Source: Gemmatimonadota bacterium
GTDB lineage: Bacteria > Gemmatimonadota > Gemmatimonadetes > Gemmatimonadales > GWC2-71-9
Length of the DNA: 13,087 nt
Assembly (NCBI GenBank): GCA_036679605.1
Contig: JAZDCZ010000275.1
Span: forward strand, 1-13,087
Direction: 5' to 3'
A program made the translations under genes and the position numbers. This document shows, piece by piece, positions 9,072 through 13,087 of this stretch. Each line of letters opens with the position of its first letter. The first letter of the stretch is position 1. The notes beneath the pieces are model-generated. The model was given only the letters and a program-made list of their open reading frames with translations. It searched no databases and had not been told where the DNA came from.

Positions 9072-9318
9072 TCCACACCTCACCGTCGACTAACGCGTTG
9101 TTACTTTGTAAGAACTCGTGGTCCCGGTTGTTGCCGACCGGGCTCGACTCTCACCAGCTTCAGATTATCATGGGGCACAGCCACCTTCCGCAAATTCTGT
9201 TACTGGGATTGCGACAGCACTATATACAGCGTCTGCGTGGCGACTGTTACGCTCGCCGGGATATAGCGCAGTTGTCAGGGAAACCGAGATACAAGACAGT
9301 CCGTTGGCACCGGAGCAG

Positions 9319-9347
9319 TTGAAATGTACACCGCATAGGTGTACATT
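9319..9347 (+). promoter_or_regulatory. Sigma70-type promoter of the TA locus with an overlapping palindromic operator
   Basis: -35 TTGAAA (9319-9324), 17-bp spacer, -10 TACATT (9342-9347). A perfect 10-bp inverted repeat AATGTACACC-gcata-GGTGTACATT (9323-9347) covers the spacer and the -10. The toxin ATG begins 8 nt after the -10. Confidence 0.8.
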
Positions 9348-9355
9348 GGTCTTGC

Positions 9356-9638
9356 ATGATCCAAGGAAGTCGTCCTCAGTCGTCGAGCCCAGAAGAACCT
9401 GAGGTTGGCTCCCTCGCACGTTGCAACGAAGCTGCTCTATTGGGTCGGACTGGTCGAGACGAGTGGGTTGGAGACGACAAGAAAACAACCAGGCTTTCAC
9501 GACGAACCACTGAAGGGCCAGAGAAAAGGTCAACGGTCTATTCGGCTCAGTCGTACCTACCGAGCCATCTATGTCGTCAGGCGCGACGGGGCATTCGAAT
9601 TCGTAAGCGTCGAGGAGGTAAACAAGCATGAGTACTAG
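9356..9638 (+). pseudogene. higB: HigB/RelE-family mRNA interferase toxin, frameshifted at codon 2-3 (or a sequencing error)
   Basis: ATG ATC C AAG GAA GTC: removing one base gives about 93 aa 'MIKEVVLSRRAQKNLRLAPSHVATKLLYW...PGFHDEPLKGQRKGQRSIRLSRTYRAIYVV...VSVEEVNKHEY', which is RelE/HigB-like. As written, the toxin frame has TGA at 9357-9359 and no ATG/GTG/TTG start before TTG 9405. Confidence 0.75.
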
Positions 9639-10038
9639 ATCCAACACGAGGATCAGGGACTCCAAACGGTTCCTAGAAAAGCTATCCGGAGGACCGCTCA
9701 CGTTCGGCGGACTGCTCGCCGCGATCCGCGAGGCGGAGGGGGCGACCCAGGTGGATTTCGCCGCAACGCTCGGAGTCTCTCGATCGCACATGTGCGACAT
9801 TGAGAAGGGCCGTAAGGTCGTTGGTGCCGCACGCGCTGCACGCTTCGCAAAGATTCTCGGCTATTCGCCCGAGAGCTTCGTGGCGCTCGCTCTGCAGGGA
9901 CAGGTCATTGAGGCGGGCCTCAAGCTCAACGTGAGCGTGGAGGCCGTTCGAGTACTCGGTGGCGGTTTTGTCGGGCTTACGAAGCGATTCCACGGCGTTG
10001 TTCTGCCTAATCATTGCCTTGGTGCACAACTCCGGTAG
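9628..10038 (+). CDS. higA: XRE-family HTH antitoxin (HigA-like), probably with a 29-aa read-through extension
   Basis: HTH_XRE 'LLAAIREAEGATQVDFAATLGVSRSHMCDIEKGRK'. GAGGAGG RBS at 9612-9618. It overlaps the toxin 3' end by 11 bp in toxin-first order. Confidence 0.85.
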   Translation: MSTRSNTRIRDSKRFLEKLSGGPLTFGGLLAAIREAEGATQVDFAATLGVSRSHMCDIEKGRKVVGAARAARFAKILGYSPESFVALALQGQVIEAGLKLNVSVEAVRVLGGGFVGLTKRFHGVVLPNHCLGAQLR

Positions 10039-10415
10039 AGACCGAGGGTTCGCTTGGGCTCTACTTTCCTCATCCGATCATCTCGCCATCGGGCATCCCG
10101 AGCGCCGCCATGGTGTTCAGAATTTTACACCCGATCTTTGCCTCGACTCTCTGCGCCGCCAGCCCTCTCGCCTTCATCGCTGAGCCCACCCACGATGCCC
10201 TTGTAGCGATGGAACGTCGTCTCGACTTTGCTCCGTTTGCTATAGCCCGATTCGATGTGCCACGCGCGCTTCCCGACGCGAGCTCGCGCTCGAATGTTGC
10301 GGTTGCGCTGTCGCGTAGTCGCTGACTCCGACGCAAGCTGCGCGCCCTTTCGCGGCGGTATCAGTACCCTCGGCGAGCAATGAGTACGGTGATTCTCGAT
10401 CGCTTCATAGACGCC
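10016..10415 (-). mobile_element. IS5-family (IS903-like) element remnant, 3' portion only
   Basis: It contains the transposase C-terminus on the minus strand. An IS903-like terminus (GCCTTGGTGCACAA, from 10016) follows the transposase stop. The remnant is cut at 10415 by the IS21 element. The terminal position is approximate. Confidence 0.7.
10070..10415 (-). pseudogene. IS5-family DDE transposase C-terminal fragment, frameshifted
   Basis: Manual translation from 10415: GVYEAIENHRTHCSPRVLIPPRKGAQ...QRNRNIRARARVGKRAWHIESGYSKRSKVETTFHRYKGIVG, then a frameshift at a CCAC duplication (10186-10193), then SAMKARGLAAQRVEAKIGCKILNTMAALGMPDGEMIG*. IPPRK, W-x-x-x-SGY-x-x-RS-x-VET and N-x-M-x-x-LGMP are IS903-like signatures. 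Confidence 0.85.
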
Positions 10416-10470
10416 TGTTTACAGCGCTAGAAAAGTGACCCATTCACCGCTGAATAATTGACCCACCCCC
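10416..10470 (+). repeat. IS21 left inverted repeat (IRL)
   Basis: TGTTTACAGCGCTAGAAAAGTGACCCATTCACCGCTGAATAATTGACCCACCCCC matches the reverse complement of 12875-12929 at 45/55 positions. It has two internal AA(G/T)TGACCC motifs. Confidence 0.93.
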
Positions 10471-10527
10471 CGCCCTGTGACCCGTAGTCTAGAATGGTAA
10501 AAAACCAGGCGACGGGAGGTAACGGAG

Positions 10528-12006
10528 GTGTTGAGAGTGAGTCAGGTCCAGGTAATCAGACACAAGTTCTTTGTCGAGGGCGTAGGTATCCGACGGATCG
10601 CCCAGGATATGGGTATGAGTCGCAACACGGTGCGCAAATATCTCGAGGAGGCGGAGCCCGTGCGCAAGGCCCGCAAGCAAAAAAGCCGGCCGGTTTTTGA
10701 GAAGGTTGCACCACGGCTTGCCGCTCTGGTTGAAGAGTGGACCTCGCGTACGACGCGCAAGCAGCGGATCACTGCGGCGCGGCTTCACGACCAGCTCATC
10801 GAAGAGCACTACGAGGTAGGCATCACCTTGGTGCAGGACTGGATGCGTGAGCGGCGCCGACGCAAGGCCGAGGTCTACATACCGTTGGTGCACCACCGTG
10901 GTGACGATGCTCAGGTCGACTTCTTCGAAGTCAGTGTTGATATCGGGGGCCAGCGGCGCAAGCTCTGGATGTTCCTTATGCGGCTGATGTACTCGGGGCG
11001 CGATTTCGCCTGGCTCTATGAGTGGGCCGACCAGGTGTCATTCCTGGACGGCCACGTTCGAGCCTTCGAGCACTTTGGTGCCGTCTCGCACCGGCTGATC
11101 TACGACAATTTGAAGGCGGCCGTAGCGCGCCTGGTGCTCCCTGAGCGTGAGCTGACGCTGCGCTTTCAGGCTCTGGCGAGCCACTACCTCTTCGAGCCTT
11201 GCTTTGCGCGGCCAGGTACTGGTCACGACAAGGGCGGTGTGGAGGCACGTGGCAAGGGGATACGCTTGCAGCACCTGACACCGATCCCGCAGGGAGACTC
11301 ACTGCGCGAGACTTGTGAGCATCTCATGAGTCGTATTGAGCGTGTGGCGGCCCAGCGTCGCGATCGCGACGGCAAGACCATACAGGAGCGCTTCGAGGAG
11401 GAGCGACCCAGCATGCTGCCACTCCTAAGTGGCAGCTTCGATCCGGCAAAAATCGTCTCATGCTCGGTCAGCCAAAGCGCACTGGTGCGAGCCGGTGGAG
11501 CCAGATACTCGGTGCCATCGCATTGGAAGAGTCTCGATGCGCTGGCCTATGTTGGTGCCGACCAGGTACGGATCGTGTGCCGCGGCCACAGCGTGACCCA
11601 TGAGCGGCAAGCCTCTGGCCGCAAGCTGGTACGCTACCGGCATTATCTCCCCGAGCTGGCGCGCAAGCCGCAGGCGCTGCGCCAAGTCGCTGCTGAGCTG
11701 CTTGCCGAGCTTGGAGAGCCGTTTGGGGAGTTCTGGAGGCTGCTCGTTGACACCCACGGGCCACGCGAGGCGGCCCGTATCTTCGCACGGGTACTCGAGG
11801 CTATCTGCGATCACGGCGAGCACCGTGTGGGCGCAGCCGTGGCGGCAGCTTTGGCTTCAGGCCGCACCGACCTGCTCGAGCTTGCCAAGCAGCTTGGCCA
11901 GCCTCAAGTGCCCATGGTCACCGTAGCGCAGGCACTTGCTGACTATCAGATCGAGTCGGCCTCGGCGGCCGACTACGACGTACTGCTTGGCGGAGATCAG
12001 CCGTGA
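10528..12006 (+). CDS. istA: IS21-family DDE transposase IstA
   Basis: N-terminal HTH '[20 protein letters not shown]'; DDE motifs AQVDF, LIYDN, DKGGVE; C-terminal 'RYSVP'. Confidence 0.96.
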   Translation: MLRVSQVQVIRHKFFVEGVGIRRIAQDMGMSRNTVRKYLEEAEPVRKARKQKSRPVFEKVAPRLAALVEEWTSRTTRKQRITAARLHDQLIEEHYEVGITLVQDWMRERRRRKAEVYIPLVHHRGDDAQVDFFEVSVDIGGQRRKLWMFLMRLMYSGRDFAWLYEWADQVSFLDGHVRAFEHFGAVSHRLIYDNLKAAVARLVLPERELTLRFQALASHYLFEPCFARPGTGHDKGGVEARGKGIRLQHLTPIPQGDSLRETCEHLMSRIERVAAQRRDRDGKTIQERFEEERPSMLPLLSGSFDPAKIVSCSVSQSALVRAGGARYSVPSHWKSLDALAYVGADQVRIVCRGHSVTHERQASGRKLVRYRHYLPELARKPQALRQVAAELLAELGEPFGEFWRLLVDTHGPREAARIFARVLEAICDHGEHRVGAAVAAALASGRTDLLELAKQLGQPQVPMVTVAQALADYQIESASAADYDVLLGGDQP

Positions 12007-12755
12007 ATGCTGCTGCTCGCCAAGCCGTAATCACCGAGTACTGCCGCGAGCTCAAGGCCCCGGCGATCCTGCGTGAGCACGCAGAGGTTGCCCGTCAGGC
12101 GCGCGATGGTGGCTGGGCCTACGAGGACTTTCTCCTGCAGCTGCTTGAGGCCGAGATCCACTCACGCCGCAATCACACGGTGGAGCACCGAGTGCATGAA
12201 GCGCGTTTCCCCGAAATCAAAACCCTGGATCAGCTCGACTGGCAAGCCATCAAAGGCATTAGCAAGCCAAAGCTCGCGGAGCTTTCCAGCTGTGAATACA
12301 TCAAGGCTGGCGAAGACGTCGTGTTGGCCGGCCCGATCGGCACGGGCAAGACCCACATCGCCATCGCTCTGGGCGTTGAGGCCGCCCGGCGTCGCCACCG
12401 TGTGGTGTTCATCCGTGCCGCCGACCTTGTCCGTGAACTGCTCGAGGCACGAGACGAGCGTACTCTTACGCGGCTGCACAAGCGCTACGGCCGCGTAGCT
12501 CTGTTGATCTGTGACGAGCTGGGATTCGTCCCGTTCGACCGCGCCGGCGGCGAGTTGCTCTTTAACTTGCTTAGCGATCGCTATGAGCGCCGCTCCACGA
12601 TCGTCTCTACCAACCTCGCCTTCGGGGAATGGGTGCAAGTCTTTGGTGACGAGAAGCTCACCACCGCACTGCTCGACCGTCTCGGACATCACGCCCACGT
12701 GCTTACAACCCGAGGGCAATCGTACAGGACAATGAAACTCAAGGAGCGAAAATGA
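12003..12755 (+). CDS. istB: IS21-family AAA+ helper ATPase IstB
   Basis: ARFP..KTL, Walker A GPIGTGKT, Walker [27 protein letters not shown]. Confidence 0.97.
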   Translation: MNAAARQAVITEYCRELKAPAILREHAEVARQARDGGWAYEDFLLQLLEAEIHSRRNHTVEHRVHEARFPEIKTLDQLDWQAIKGISKPKLAELSSCEYIKAGEDVVLAGPIGTGKTHIAIALGVEAARRRHRVVFIRAADLVRELLEARDERTLTRLHKRYGRVALLICDELGFVPFDRAGGELLFNLLSDRYERRSTIVSTNLAFGEWVQVFGDEKLTTALLDRLGHHAHVLTTRGQSYRTMKLKERK

Positions 12756-12874
12756 GGCTGCCCCATACCCCGTCTCGACCCGAGATCGTGGCTCAGAGGC
12801 CGTCTGTGGAGTCCAAATTTCCGACTGTAGCGGACGAAACCGCCATCGGCCGGGAAAGACCAAAAAACCCGGCA

Positions 12875-12929
12875 GGGGGTGGGTCAATTTTACAGCGGTG
12901 AAAGGGTCAATTTCTGAGCGTTGACAACA
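12875..12929 (-). repeat. IS21 right inverted repeat (IRR)
   Basis: The reverse complement is TGTTGTCAACGCTCAGAAATTGACCCTTTCACCGCTGTAAAATTGACCCACCCCC. The plus strand carries an outward-facing TTGACA at 12921-12926. Confidence 0.93.
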
Positions 12930-13000
12930 GCCGGAGCACCGGTCAACTGAAGAAATGCGATCGGGCCTGCCTCCGTTTTCTTTGCCGGCGTCATCATCAC
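12930..13000 (-). pseudogene. Possible 5' start of a gene truncated by the IS21 element
   Basis: GGGGGAG RBS (13003-13009, minus strand) is followed by GTG ATG ATG and then TPAKKTEAGPIAFLQLTGAP, which runs into IRR and stops there shortly after. Confidence 0.35.
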
Positions 13001-13087
13001 GACTCCCCCAGAGCTTACCTCACCATCTTATCCACCGCCTCCGCTCACATACGCCTGTGGCCCAGTTGTTTCAATGCCGGGGGCCCG

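Larger units (their letters stand above)
10416..12929 (+). mobile_element. IS21-family insertion sequence, 2514 bp, apparently intact
   Basis: TG...CA ends, 55-bp imperfect terminal IRs, and an istA-istB pair with GTGA overlap. Confidence 0.95.

Noticed and set aside
9323..9357. Bidirectional use of the TA palindrome as a promoter for the che operon
   Set aside because: The mirrored TACATT exists on the minus strand, but there is no plausible -35 at 16-18 bp.
9168..9800. 210-aa minus-strand ORF across the TA locus
   Set aside because: It is antisense to the TA genes and their promoter, with no recognisable domain.
12162..12887. 241-aa minus-strand ORF inside IS21
   Set aside because: It is an antisense shadow of istB.
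1..13087. CRISPR array, tRNA, rRNA or riboswitch
   Set aside because: I saw no regularly spaced direct repeats or recognisable structured-RNA signatures by eye.

Overview
GC-rich bacterial window with two parts. (1) A complete minus-strand chemosensory operon (9071->939) in Wsp/ACF gene order: mcp, cheW, cheR-TPR, cheW, cheA-REC, cheB, response regulator. Its two ends are atypical. The receptor is a soluble globin-coupled (HemAT/protoglobin-type) MCP rather than a membrane WspA-type receptor, and the output is a REC-Hpt protein rather than a WspR-type REC-GGDEF. By inference this is a heme/gas-sensing chemosensory array feeding a multistep phosphorelay. (2) A decaying accessory zone upstream of the operon. 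It holds a divergent toxin-first HigBA-like TA locus with a clear promoter/operator, a frameshifted toxin and an antitoxin that probably reads through its stop. It also holds a frameshifted IS5-family (IS903-like) transposase remnant and an intact IS21-family element (istA/istB, 55-bp IRs) whose two flanks do not match each other. The window opens with the 3' end of a plus-strand gene, possibly of the pectinacetylesterase family. All family calls come from motif recognition by eye; no database searches were run.
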